Shown one piece after another: positions 47,401-59,388 of a DNA stretch of 64,000 bases. The notes beneath the pieces were generated by a model, which was not told the origin of the DNA, did not search any database, and saw only the letters and a program-made list of their open reading frames with translations. Made by a program: the position numbers and the translations under genes. Origin of the DNA: Vicugna vicugna (lineage: Eukaryota); contig MU057809.1 of NCBI GenBank assembly GCA_013265495.1, positions 62,001 through 126,000 on the forward strand. The letters run 5' to 3'. Position 1 is the first letter of the stretch. Each line of letters opens with the position of its first letter.

Positions 47401-49156
47401 GATGCTGCTGGTCTCCCCTGGGCGCTGAGCACTGTGCAGCTCAGGGTGCAGGTGCCCGTGGCTCCCCTCATTTCAGCCCCAGGGCAAACGATGGCCACCG
47501 GTTTGCAGAGAACCTTCCTGGTGTCTCCCGTGCTTTTATGCATCTGTGTGTGTCGGACGTGGCTTCATTTTGCAGTTTCTTTAACACGAACAGAGTGAGG
47601 CTGGAGTATCGCTTTTTCCATTTAACAGCACATCTTGGCAGTCTCCCTGTCCCTGTGAGCATCTAGATCTTTGTTTTCTGACGGCCTTGTCCCACACAGC
47701 ACACGTGGGCCCCTTTGCCTCTCCGCCCCATGGGTGGGCGTCTCTGGAAAGCAGCAGACTGGCTGTGTCCCGGGGCCCCTTCTGACCAGACTGACACGTA
47801 CGGGAACACCCTCTGGTGGCGGAGGCATCCCAGTCGTGTTGGGAAGCCGGGGCCCCGTCTCCCCTGCGCTGGTGCTGATGTGTTCCCGGCGCGGGCCAGC
47901 GAGTCTTCTCAGTGGCCTCTCCGAGACACGCCCGGCTCGGCCTGGACAGCAGCCAACAGAGCTGCACTGCACTGTCCTCTCTGGACGCTCAGGGCTCGTC
48001 AGTGCCTGTCCTCTAATCCCAGCCCAGCTTAGGAGGGAGGTGGGGCGGGGCTTGGTCCACACTTGGCCTTGAACTCAGTGTCCTCGCTGTTTGTTCAGGG
48101 TGGCCCCTGCTCCAGCCTCTGAAGTTAAGAACACTTTCCTCAAGTTACCTGTGCTGTTTCAGATGGGTGTGACGGCTTGAAGCTATCTGTATTAATTTAC
48201 TGTTGGTTTGGTTTAACCATTTTAAGTGTCAGATCTAGTATATAAAGAATTTGATACTGAAAATATTTTTATAATGTAAAATAAAAAGCAGAAATGTTCC
48301 TAAGCCCATTCACTTTCCTAAGATATTCCCGGCTCACGCCACACTCCCCACCTCCTGCCCCGGGCTGCCCCTCCATGGCCGCTCCCCTGACCCTGTGCCG
48401 CAGGTGGAGTCTGGCTGCTGCCCAATCCCCCTCACCACCTCCTCCCCACGGCGCCTGTGGCCTCTCCCTCCCTCTCCCCCGCTGGGCAGGGGGTGCGCCT
48501 GTGGGCAGTATCCTTCACGGCTTGAGTGAGGGGTGCTGTGTGGGTGGCCCCTGCCCCTGGAGCTGCGAGGCGGGTTCTGACTGCTGTTTCCTGATGAGGG
48601 GAGCTTGCTGACAGCTCGGAGGGGTGCGTGTTCAGGGTAAGGTAACCACATGGAGGCAGCCAGGCGGCTTGTCTCTGGCTTTGTGGCGAGGCAGGCGCAG
48701 AGCAGCGGTGGTGGTTCCCCCACCTGTGTTTCCTTTTCTCCTGCCGTCGGATCATTCACCAGCTCACTGGGGAGCGGACTGAGGGTCACGGGTGGTGCCT
48801 GTCTCCTGAACTGCTGTGTCAGCCAACGTCTGCAAGTAGATGGCTGACTTTTAATGATGTTGACCTGGTGCCGCGTCGGTGGGGATTCTTGTGAGTTGAG
48901 TGAGTCCTCACGCAGCCCTGGGCCAGCTCTAGACAGGACGCCGGGCAGCCCTTTCACAGGTGCTGTGCTCAGAGCCGGTGTCTGGAGCGTCATTGTGGAG
49001 GGGGCCAGCCTGCTTTTGGTCTGTAGAAAAGCTTCGGTGGTGATGGCTGTTTTTAAAAATCACAGTAGATTGCATGTTCTGTTCATTATGTCTTCAGCTT
49101 GTTTTAAAAGTGGGCTGGAAGCAGTGTTTTATCTCTGAGGGTTTTTTTCCTTCTAG

Positions 49157-49306
49157 TTCAAGTTATTCTTCTGATGCTCTGGATTTCGAGATGGAACACA
49201 AATTGGATCCTGTATTTGATTCTCCAAGAATGTCACGCCGCAGTTTGCGCCTGTTCACCACAGCACATGCCACCGAGGACGGCCTGGCCGGGGACAGAGG
49301 GGCCAG
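49157..49306 (+). CDS. SUN1: SUN1 coding exon
   Basis: ttctag acceptor and AG|gtgagc donor; 150 nt; SSYSSDALDFEMEHKLDPVFDSPRMSRRSLRL. Confidence 0.95.
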
Positions 49307-50754
49307 GTGAGCGTGCTGCCGTCCCTGCCACCGGCACTCCAGCATAGGGAACCTAACACTCAGGCTCTCCACCCGGTCAGGGCGGCGCTCTGGAACCTGA
49401 GGATATGTAGGTGCCCACGCAGTCACATGGAAAGTCACAGCTTTGCTGTGAATGAAGATGGAGACCGGGGTTGGGACGTGCGGAGATCTGGTGTTGACAG
49501 TTTCCACGTTCTCTGCTCACAGAAACTGCAGAGGGCCACGGCCACCTGTCACGTGGACACAGCTGCACGCACAGGGCCAGTGTCCGCAGCTCATCCTCGT
49601 GGCAGGCCCCGAGCTGCCCTAGCAGTGTGGACGCACGGAGTCTCACTTCACATGTCGCTGCAGATGGTCTCTGGGTTGTTAATGCTTTGCGCCTGCTTGT
49701 CAAAGTCTTTGTGAACTGACAGAGCATGCGTGAGGTTCAGCTGTTACCTTGTGTCTGTGACTGTCCTGTTCACTTGATTTCTGACGTCTCCGTGTCCTCA
49801 TCACCTGTTTGTCCCCAGGAACGAGCAAGAGTGAGCAAGATCTCTTGTCATTCAGAGATATAAAGTCACAGCTAAGAATGATGTGTTTCCAGCCTGAGCT
49901 GTGGTCTCAGGAACGGGATGGTGGCCAGTGAGACAGGTGGGGACACTGACTTCAGGCCAGGCTGGGCGCTGGCATTGGTAGTGGTGCCCCCCCCCAGGCA
50001 CAGTTCACGCATGCACCGCACACAATGCAATCACCCGCAGGGTTGCGTTCGAGAGTGAGGCTCTTGGACCTCAGCCTTGGACAGTCCAGCTCCGAAGGTT
50101 CCTGACGAGCAGCTGAGCGGTGCGCTGTGGGGCCCCCAGCTGTCACGGGCTGGCTTTCTGTCCCCTGGGGCGAGGCACCTGGGACTTCGTGTCTCTGTTC
50201 CCTGCCTTTCGCCCACTACTTGCTCCCTGGAGGGCGGGTCTTCGGTCTGCCCTTCCGTCCTGCCTGCCTCGGTGCGGGGAGTCTCAGGCGACCGTCTCCC
50301 AGGGCTCTGTCATCCTCGTTTGTGCGGATTTGGTGCAGAAATGGATCAGATTACAAAGGAGCAGGCCTCTCCTTGCTGTGCGTGTCGCAGGTCCGCCTTC
50401 CCTAGTGGCTGAGGCAGTGTGGGGTGGGTGTGTGCACGCGCTCATTTAAGGACGGGAGGGGCTAAATTTATAAACCGTAATTTTTAAATTTAGGTCATTT
50501 TTATTCTTCAGTTATTGTAAGTTTGAACCGTTTTTGGGTCATGGGGCCCAAGTATCTGAAAACTACTCTGTATAATATGTAATTTTAGAAGGAGTTCCTG
50601 GAGCCCAGCCTAACAATCCCTTATTTAGGTTTATAGACGCTTCACTGCAGCAGAAAGGACATGCTGTTCTCAGGCAAAGGCTTGTGTCGGTGAAATGTAG
50701 TCACCTGTGCTGGCGAGACGGGCTGTGAACTTGCTTCTCACTCCTTTCTTGTAG

Positions 50755-50921
50755 GACTGCAAGGCAGCGCCGGAGTGCGAACAAGCCGGTGCTGAGCATA
50801 CACCACGCCTCCAGGAAGGCCCTGGCCTCGGCTGCCGGCCAGGGCTTCTCTAGCGGGGTGCGGCCGCCCGTGCTGGACGAGTCCCTGATCCGTGAGCAGA
50901 CCCAAGTGGACCACTTCTGGG
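50755..50921 (+). CDS. SUN1: SUN1 coding exon
   Basis: ttgtag acceptor and G|gtgagc donor; 167 nt; ...RPPVLDESLIREQTQVDHFWG. Confidence 0.95.
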
Positions 50922-51803
50922 GTGAGCTGCTCTCAGTAACTTCTCGGGTGGTTCTGGGAAGAAGGGAGGTCGTGGCCGGGCTGTCCCTCTGCCCTCACTG
51001 CGGGGAGAAGTCCCTGGAGGGGGAGGCTTTCCTCCGGACTAAGGTAGGAAGCGGGGAAGCTGCTCCCAGCTGCCGGTCCCCTGTTGCGATGTGGAACGTC
51101 AGGTGGTCGGCGCGGCCCGGTTTTCTGGCTGCGTGGCCTCTGAGGGGTGTTGACGCAAAGTCGCTGTGAAGTTCACCGGCGTGATCTCAGGTTCAGGCGT
51201 CTCTAAGCAGCAAGCAGATGTGGTACTTTTGGCTCACTGGAAAGCATCCTGTGTAGGTGAATTGACACTAGGAATCGATGTGGCTTGTGGCCTGACTTGA
51301 CTGCAGCAGTGGCAGGGTGGCCCCGGTCGTTGCTGCTGACGTGGTGGCCGCAGGGAGCCGAGGCGTCGGTGGGGACGCAGAGCTGCCTGCCTGTGTCCAC
51401 TCGATGTTCACGTTGGCCTTTCTGGGGGAGATCCAAGGTCCAGATTAGTTCCAAAAGTTTTATGTGTGAGTCTGGGGAGCATCGGACTCATATGTGTTCT
51501 GTTTCGCTCGCTGGAAGAGCAGTTCCCAGGCAGTGAGGGAAGCTGGTGGTGAGGTTTCTGCCTGCTCTCCGCACACGTGTGTGTGTGTGTCTGTATTTTC
51601 TCCAGAGATGTGCTTTCACCTGGAACTGCAAGTATCTGCACGTATCTGGAGACATTTCTGTTCCAGGCCTTGTAGGAAATGAACCTTGACCGGTGCCGTG
51701 ATGCTGATTTTTGTCAGCCGCTGTGACCTTCACGGCTGTGTGTGTTTTGTTCTGTTTTGATAAGTTGAGCTGAACAGCCACAATACGTATGTGTGTTTTT
51801 CAG

Positions 51804-51830
51804 GTCTTGACGACGATGGAGATCTTAAAG
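51804..51830 (+). CDS. SUN1: SUN1 27-nt microexon
   Basis: ttttcag acceptor and G|gtaatc donor; GLDDDGDLKG. Confidence 0.93.
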
Positions 51831-51936
51831 GTAATCATTTTGGTCCTGTTTCGTCCCTGCATTTTCAAGGTGGAAGTTTCAGTTAGGTGTCTGCAGATTG
51901 TAATCATCAGGTCCGTCTGCTTTTTGAAAACTTCAG

Positions 51937-52122
51937 GTGGGAGTAAAGCTGCCCTTCAGGGAAATGGCGCCATGGCAGCAGGGCCGGCGGGGGCGGCCGG
52001 GAGCAATGGCTACACCTGCAGTGACTGCAGCCTCCTCTCCGAGCGCAAGGCCTCACTCACTGCCTGCGCCGCGGCCCGCGGCCCGTCCTCGAGGATTTAC
52101 TCGAGGGACAGGAATCAGAAGC
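51937..52122 (+). CDS. SUN1: SUN1 coding exon
   Basis: cttcag acceptor and C|gtaagt donor; 186 nt; GSKAALQGNG...NGYTCSDCSLLSERK...RIYSRDRNQK. Confidence 0.95.
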
Positions 52123-55100
52123 GTAAGTTGGACTCTTTTAGATGTTAGAAAAAATTGTGTGTCCACATGTATCCTTTTCTTCTTACATGCCTGGTGTTAC
52201 AGGCCTCAGTGTCTGCACTGTTTCTCCTATAAACTTGACCTCAAAGTGATGCTTTAAAAGTTGAAGAAATACGCCGAAAATTAGTTTTGTCCCTCCTTCA
52301 GCTTGCACTTTGCGTGGTGGTGCCCAGGAGTCTGGAATTGTGTGAGTGTGAACTCGGAGGGAGGGGAGGAACCTCACAGGGAAACGGAACCCGCTGTGCT
52401 GCGCGCACCTTCAGGGGCGTCCGTGCCTTCTCAGAGCCGCACGGGCCCTGCGTGCTGGGGGTCGCGGCCCAGCCGCCCTTTGTTGTGACAGCGAGGGGGC
52501 CGGGGCCAAGCGCATGGGGCTGTTGGTGTGTCTTCTGGGGAAAAGTGTGGCTGTGCTGGTCTTTCTGGAAATTGGTCCCACTTTCCTGCTTAAATTGGTC
52601 TGGAGTGTTTTCGAGGAGAAAACAAGTTGTGTTTTTATCTGCTCGGGGCTTTTATTATCACTTCCCTGCTCTTTTAGATTGTGATAGTGACCTGTAGAGC
52701 CAGTACTCATTTATTACCTTTAAAACACATTTCTGATTACTTGAGTAAAACATTTATCAGAGAACTTTGGAAAATCACCGAGATGTGTGAGGAAGATTAA
52801 ACTCTCCCGTAACCTGCCGCCGGGCTTTCTGTCGCACCATGGGGTCGCGCTGCGTGACTTTGTTATACAAAAGTGTTTGCTCAGAATACGTGGAGCTTTT
52901 CACAGTCAAAGGCTAATTCCCACCCCGCATTTTCTTTCCTTTTGTTTGTACTTACATTCTCACTGTAAAACCTTTAAGTAGCACAGATAAGTTAAGTCCC
53001 CTGTCCAGTCTGCTTTCCCTTCCAAAGGGACCTGCAGCTAATCCTGATGGTCCCCTGTGGGCTCTCCTGCTCTCGCAAGTGAGGTGGGGGTCGTATCATG
53101 CAAATCATGGGTGCTGTCCTGTCGGCATTTAGATGCTGCTGAATCTCGATTTTGTGGACCTAGGAAATGCAGAGCTGGTCCCCATCTTCACTTAACTGCT
53201 GTCATGGTGCGCACAGGATTTTGCAGCTTTTTTCCTTTTATATGTTAGTTGAGATTAACTTCATTCTTTCTATTAGATTAGTTGCCTATCTAATACTGCA
53301 GTTTTGGTTGTATATAAATTTATTTAATCAGTGTCTAGTTGGACATTCAGGTTCTGCTATTTGTACACTTTTAAAAGCAAGATTTCTTTGGGTGTGTTTC
53401 CCTGCACACGTTTGGTGCTTGCACAGATCTCTGGGACAGGCAGACTGGGTGCAGGACGAGCTTCGCCTTCCCCGGGCCGTGTGGCTGCCTAGTCTGCACC
53501 TTTGAGGTTCAGGTTGAGCATGTTCTTGACGAAACGTGATTTTCTGGTCCACATCAAAGAGGGTTTAAAGAGCTTCCACGCATTTTCCTTGGGACATCCA
53601 ACAATCCTCAACAAAGCAGATGCCGAGAGCAGACCCCGCTCTCCCAGGACTGGAGTCTGGGTGAGAAGCGGTGAGGTTGGGGACCCCACCCCCGTAGGAC
53701 AGTGCCTCGCTGCCCCCAGCCTCCAGGCTGATGGTGCAGGAGGACCCAGGCTTCCGATCCAGACGGTGTCAGCTGACTCAGGAAAGATAGGTCGTTCCTT
53801 TGAAAAGTTGTCAGTGGTCTTGGGGGCACAGAGCAGGGTTTAGCTTATTGATCCCAGTCTTCAGAGAAGTAAGGACTGAGTGCCTGCTGCCCGGTAGGAC
53901 GGGTGTGGACGGGCAGGCGTGGGGAGCCACCGAGGCGGATGGGGGTCGGCTGTGAGACCGAGGCAGCGGCGCCCAAGGGAGGAGCGCCTTGTGAGCACGC
54001 TCTCCTGGGGAAGCCACAGTCAGCGGTTAAATGTGTGTATAAACTTTCCACCCAGCAGCTTCTAAATAAATAGTTACCACTGCTGAAATGAGAGATTATG
54101 TACAGTTTCAGTTGAAAGAGATTCTTCAGTCGGCTTCCCCAGACCGCCCGGGGCTGTCCTCCTCTGCTCCGTGTGCTCCCACTAACCCTTTCTGTTTCTT
54201 CTCTTTTAAGGTGTTGCCGATATAATGAATGAAAAATGGGGTTTTGGTGTCTTGATTGTCAGTGAGACAGACCATGTGTTACCTCTTCTTAAGTTTTTCT
54301 ACTTTTACCAACCTCTGTACACGGTTCACACCCCCGAGGAAGACACGGGGGTGCAAGGGCAGGAGCACAGGGTTGGCCCTGACCCCGGGGGCTGCTGCCT
54401 GGACAGAGCTCCCCTTCACTGGACGCCTACTCTTTCCTCAGGCCACTTGCAAAAAGAAAAGCTCTCATTTGATGTGTTTCAAACCGTTCTGCCTGAGACG
54501 TCTGCCGTCCCCGCCAGCCTCGAGCCCTGTTCTGCCTCACCAGGCTGACCAGGCTTGCCGGGCCGGGCTGCGTCTGAGAAGGCAGACAGCCCCCCGGCCT
54601 GTCTGCTGGCATCAGCTGTAGAAACAGGCCTGATTCTTTGTCTGCCATTTGAAGGAACTTTTGTTGAAGAACAAAAACTTCGAGCAACCGCGGCTTGTAG
54701 ACTCAGCATACGCACTTCGGGGTCACAGGGGGGAAGTGTCGGGGGTCCCCCTGTCTCTCCCAGAGCCCGGGCCCTGATGAGTCAGGCCAGAGGGCTGCCA
54801 GGTGTTCTTGGTACAGGTGCTCTGTGGTTTAGCTGCCCCCTCACGCGGTCTTGTTCCTGTTTCTGCGTCCCTGGTCCCCTGGACAAACGCGGGAGTGGAC
54901 GCCCTCATGAAGGCTCTCAGCCAGTAGCGCTTCCCAAGGTGGGGAGGGGGCGGAATTGCTGGGCCGCAGGTCGGGTGAGGGAGGCTGCTGGACAGCCTCG
55001 AAATGTTGTGTATGTGTAAACAGCGTCGGGTGAAGTGATCGCAAATGGGGTATTTTCTGGAACAATCCCACGAGAAAGACAGTGTTGACGGCTCTGCCCC

Positions 55101-55279
55101 TCAGGCCGTGCTGCCGCTGGTCACCGCGGCTCTTCCCAAGTTGGTGTCTCTGGTGTGGTGTGAACCACTTAGCAAGTTGGTTCTACCGTGCCCGAAATGG
55201 GTGATTTGTCTGCCTGACCTGTCAGGGAGGAGGTATGGGCTTCGGGGGAGAAATAACTGTGTCCACGGTTTCTTGCTAG

Positions 55280-55462
55280 GCGGTGCCTCTCTCTGCGTGG
55301 ACAGGATTTTGTGGCTGGCCAAGTCCTCCTCGTCATCTTTTTCTTCATTCTTAGTTCAACTTTTCCAAGTGGTTTTAATGAAGCTCAATTATGAATCAGA
55401 AAATTACAAATTGAAAAGTTATGAATCAAAAGATCCTGAGTCAGAAAGCAATGAATCAAAAG
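55280..55462 (+). CDS. SUN1: SUN1 cassette-type exon
   Basis: ttgctag acceptor and G|gtatta donor; 183 nt, phase 1-1; GASLCVDRILWLAKSSSSSFSSFLVQLFQVVLMKLNYESENYKLK. Confidence 0.88.
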
Positions 55463-55832
55463 GTATTAAATACTTTTTTCCTCTTTTTCCACCAAACAGC
55501 ACTCTAAGGGTGGAGAAGACGCTCTTTCCCCAGCTTGGCGCTGCGCCCACCTCCCCGCTCCGTCTTCACGGCCTTTCTCTGCTGCTTTCTGTGGGTCTCT
55601 GTCTGGGTGTAGTTCTGGAGTTTTCTGGAAGTCTGTCTTAAAGTTGCTTTTTAAGTAAAAAGTTAATGCACTCATCTTTTTTTATTCTTACTACCTTTTA
55701 AAAGCAAAAAATGTGTTTGAATGGTATGTAGGACAGTGATGTTTCAGAGCAGGTGCTCTGGTAGCGCGTGGCCGGCCTGGAGCTGCCGCCCGCTGCCCAC
55801 GCCATGGCCCTCATGCCTCCTCGCTGTCGCAG

Positions 55833-55916
55833 GTCGTTCCAGGTCTGGCGGGAGAGCCCATGGGAGCCTGCGCCGCAGCGAGGACGGCCACCTGCGGGTG
55901 CCCGGGGCGTCGCTGT
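55833..55916 (+). CDS. SUN1: SUN1 84-nt cassette-type exon
   Basis: gtcgcag acceptor and T|gtgagt donor; phase 1-1; ...EDGHLRVPGASLC. Confidence 0.8.
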
Positions 55917-56850
55917 GTGAGTATGGCTGCCCCCGGGGTCTGGGCTGGGGTTTTGTGGTTGAGTTTCCTTGTCCTTATAGACCGCCGCTGCTTTGCCCAG
56001 TTCAGATGAACAGGTGGGCATGCATCTGTCCAGCGGGCAGTGACGGAGCGGAGGACGCTCCTGTGGCTGCAGGGCCCTGTCCCCCCGAGCCCGCGCGGGT
56101 TCTCGCTGCTTCTCTGCTCTGTGTCCGGCCTGTTCTCACCAGCGTGCCTGTTCCTTGTTTGTGTTTGGAACTCAAGTCCCCATTAAAAGCAAACAGGAAA
56201 ATAATAACCTGGGTTTAAAACATGGAGAATCTCTCTTTTGAAAAGCTTCTCTGTAAATGAACTGTCTATAAATTAAACGTAGGGAGAGTGACTTCTGTGA
56301 GGTGAACTGAAAGGTTGAGGAGCGGCTGGGACCCCTGCCCCGAGCCCTGTGGCAAGGACCGCACGCCAACTGAGATGTTTTCCAGTTGTTTCTGTGAGCT
56401 TCTTGGGAAAGGGGTGCCTTTTTAGGCATTTTTCCCCCTAAGCTGAACTTCAAAATTAATTGTTTAACTGTTAATGAACAAACACAAAACAACAGATTTT
56501 TTAAAAAAATGCCCTTAAACCGAATTTCTTTGCACATCAGTCATGTTGAAATTAGTTTACAGTTAATCATACACAAATGCTCACATACATGTGTAAGTTT
56601 CAGCTGTTACTCTTAAAAAAGTGAAACATTGATTTCATGAGCAGGTGTCTGCTTTACAAAATGTGTGACTTGGGGTATAAAGTTTGTGGTATTTTATTCT
56701 GTCATCCAGTGCTGCTGCGGGTATGATTCCAAAATGCTCTTTCACTGGGAATTTCAGCCTTTAGCACAATTTTCGTTTTGGTGTTGGAGTAATCATTGTT
56801 TCACCCGGGGCATGCTAACTGCTGATGTCTGTGGAATTCCACTTGCCTGA

Positions 56851-56976
56851 TTTTTTTGGCGGGTGGGGGTTGAGGGAGGTAGTCAGGTGTATTTATTTCC
56901 AGAGGAGATACTGGGGATTGAGCCCAGGACCTCACGCGTGTTGAGCCTGTGTCTAGGCCGAGCTGCACCCTCCCCC
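56851..56976 (-). mobile_element. tRNA-derived SINE (Vic-1-like), antisense in a SUN1 intron
   Basis: tactggggattgagcccaggacctc...gctgcaccctcccc; TSD attccacttgc / attccatttgc. Confidence 0.85.
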
Positions 56977-57302
56977 TGCATTCCATTTGCTCTAAACTCC
57001 TGCCTCGTTTTTCCCACACAACCTGCAGCCACCACCCCCGTGGGTCTGTCAGAAACGCCTGCGTTTCGTTTCCGTACCGGCAGGCACAAGTGAGTGAAAA
57101 CCATTCAAACCCAGGACAGGGCTTTTGTTTTTAGTTTCAGCTTCGTGCTTGGGCTTAAAATGGTTTATTGTTGTTTTTCTTGAGAAGAGACTCTCAACTA
57201 CAACACGAGGGAATTTTGGTGAAACCAGTGCAGGCGGTGGGCCCCGTGTCGTAGCCATGGGGCTGGCATGTGAACATGTCCCCCCCATCTTCTCTGTCAC
57301 AG

Positions 57303-57401
57303 GCCACTTCTTGGTGCAGACGCTGCAAGGGGTTGGAGCTGTGGGCTGGTGTGTGTCGAGGACGGTGCTGTCGGCGCTCTGGTTGGCGGTGGTTGCTCCA
57401 G
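57303..57401 (+). CDS. SUN1: SUN1 coding exon
   Basis: tcacag acceptor and G|gtggtt donor; 99 nt; HFLVQTLQGVGAVGWCVSRTVLSALWLAVVAPG. Confidence 0.93.
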
Positions 57402-57869
57402 GTGGTTATTTGGGCTTTCCATGTTAGCGCTCGCTCTGCAGCTCTTGGCAGTTAAGCACTTGCAATGTGTCGTTTACCTAACCAGGTGAAACTCTGATTT
57501 TTGGTTTGTGTGCTTTGATCCTTGCTGTAATGCGTTTCAGTCTTCATCACTTCGATGTGCTAACGCTGGACTGCACCGTGCTCGAGATCGCCGGGCTGTG
57601 CTTCCTCCTTTGTCTTGTCTTGCGCGCTGACCGGCGTGCGTCCTGCTTGGTGCCTCGTGTGCGTCCCTGGCGTGCGTGTGTAGCTATTCCTGCTGTGACA
57701 GCTGAGCGTCATCTTAGCACTCCTCATCCCTGATTTCATCTTAGTACACTTTCAGAGTATCTTTCAGCCGTTTCCTTGTGCCTCTAGCTCAGCCTTCACA
57801 GAAAAGCCCGTCGGGAGCTTGGCTGTCCTACGAACACTGCCTTGGACTGCGTGCTGTCTTCTCTTTCAG

Positions 57870-57963
57870 GGAAGGCGGCCTCCGAAGCACTCTGGCGGCT
57901 TGGGATCGGATGGTACCAGCTTGTTACTTTGGTTTCTTGGCTGAATGTGTTTCTTCTTACGAG
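57870..57963 (+). CDS. SUN1: SUN1 coding exon (hydrophobic region)
   Basis: tttcag acceptor and AG|gtgagg donor; 94 nt; KAASEALWRLGIGWYQLVTLVSWLNVFLLTR. Confidence 0.95.
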
Positions 57964-58051
57964 GTGAGGAGACTGACACGGGGTCAGCTTGCTGTCTTGC
58001 AGAGCTGGTTTTGTGCTAGCTGCAGGGATCGTTTGATTTAACCATTTTACA

Positions 58052-58185
58052 TTTTGCAAGGTGCTTTCATCTTGCTTACCTTTCCAAACCCCTCCTGTGA
58101 GAAAGGAGAGGCAGGTGTCATCCTTGAAGGAAACAGAAGTGTGCAGAGGTTAAGTGACTTGTCCGGGATCACCCAGCTGGGAGGG
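58052..58185 (-). mobile_element. MIR fragment
   Basis: ggaaacagaag...cagaggttaagtgacttgtccgggatcacccagct core. Confidence 0.7.
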
Positions 58186-58448
58186 TGTGGTCAGCACTTT
58201 ACCTGACCTTCGGCTCCTGCTCGCTCCAGGTGCTTCCCGCCAGCAGGGGCCTCGTGGGCCCGGGTCACCGCGCCGTGGGCAGGTTCCCAGATAGGCACAC
58301 ACCTCGTAGGAGCCGCTGCCTGTGTTGCTCGGACTGGATTCCATTTAGGATGGGGAAGGGGGCATTTGGTACAAAGTTACCTGGAGATAGGATGATGAAG
58401 CCTGCCATTTACTTTTTCCCAGCTAAATGTTTTTCTTTTTGTTCTTAG

Positions 58449-58507
58449 GTGCCTTCGAAATATTTGCAGGTTTTTAATCTTGCTCATCCCTCTGCTGCTC
58501 TTACTAG
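58449..58507 (+). CDS. SUN1: SUN1 coding exon (transmembrane segment)
   Basis: tcttag acceptor and G|gtaggt donor; 59 nt; CLRNICRFLILLIPLLLLL. Confidence 0.95.
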
Positions 58508-58668
58508 GTAGGTGAAACTTGGCTTGGCTACTTTAGGTGGTTGCTGTGTACGCACACACGTATGTTAGTAAAACGGACGTTAGTGAACCCGCGAGAGAAC
58601 CGAGCACTCGCGTACGTTGTTTGAACAGCAGCGCGTGCATGCTCGCACTATGGCCCCTCTCTTTCAAG

Positions 58669-58814
58669 GTGCGGGAATTTCCTTGCGGGGCCGTGGTGAC
58701 CTTCTTTCACTCCTGCCTGTGCTAAACTGGACACACGTGTACTGGACGCAGAGGGTGGACGGCCCCAGCCACGTGCTCACACCCGGTACTGCTCATCTGC
58801 AGCAGCCCCTGGAG
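58669..58814 (+). CDS. SUN1: SUN1 coding exon
   Basis: ttcaag acceptor and GAG|gtaacc donor; 146 nt; AGISLRGRGDLLSLLPVLNW...QQPLE. Confidence 0.92.
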
Positions 58815-58991
58815 GTAACCCGTTAGGGAGCGCTCGGCCTGGCTTTGCAGACCTGAATTCTTCAGCGCGAGTTGCTGCTGCTTGTGGACGGGGTAGTTCA
58901 GTTGGGCACCTTGTTTCAGAAAATATTTTACAACGTCAAACAAGTCTGTGTAACAGCTCCTTAAATGTTCTGAAACAGTTCAGGTAATGCC

Positions 58992-59388
58992 TAGAGGCAC
59001 ACCTCGGCAGCATCGTGGGTCCAGCTTCAGAGCACCCCAGTAACATGAGCCCCACAGACTCTGGTTTCCTGGGGCAGAGCATGTAGGCTTCCACTGCCAA
59101 GGGTGCATTAGCTCTGTGTCTAAGAAACAATGGATAGACCCTAATTAAAAATACTTTACTGCTTAAAAACGCTAACCGTCATCTGAGCCTTTAGCGAGTC
59201 GTATTCTTTCTGGTGGTGGAGGGTTTGAGGTACTGCAAGTGTTATCACAAAGTGACCCAGGGGCACGGAGCGAGCAGACGCTGCTGGAAAAACGGCCCCG
59301 ACGGCCCTGCTCGGCGCGGGGCGGCCAGAGACCTTCCGTTTGTGATGGACGTGCGTCTGCAAAGCCCAGCGAAACGAGTCTGCTTGTG
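58992..59388 (-). mobile_element. Internally deleted Tigger1 derivative (MITE-like), about 400 bp
   Basis: Both Tigger1 end regions joined; shares taattaaaaatactttactgct...gctaaccgtcatctgagcct-like sequence with the copy at about 4950-5050. Confidence 0.8.
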
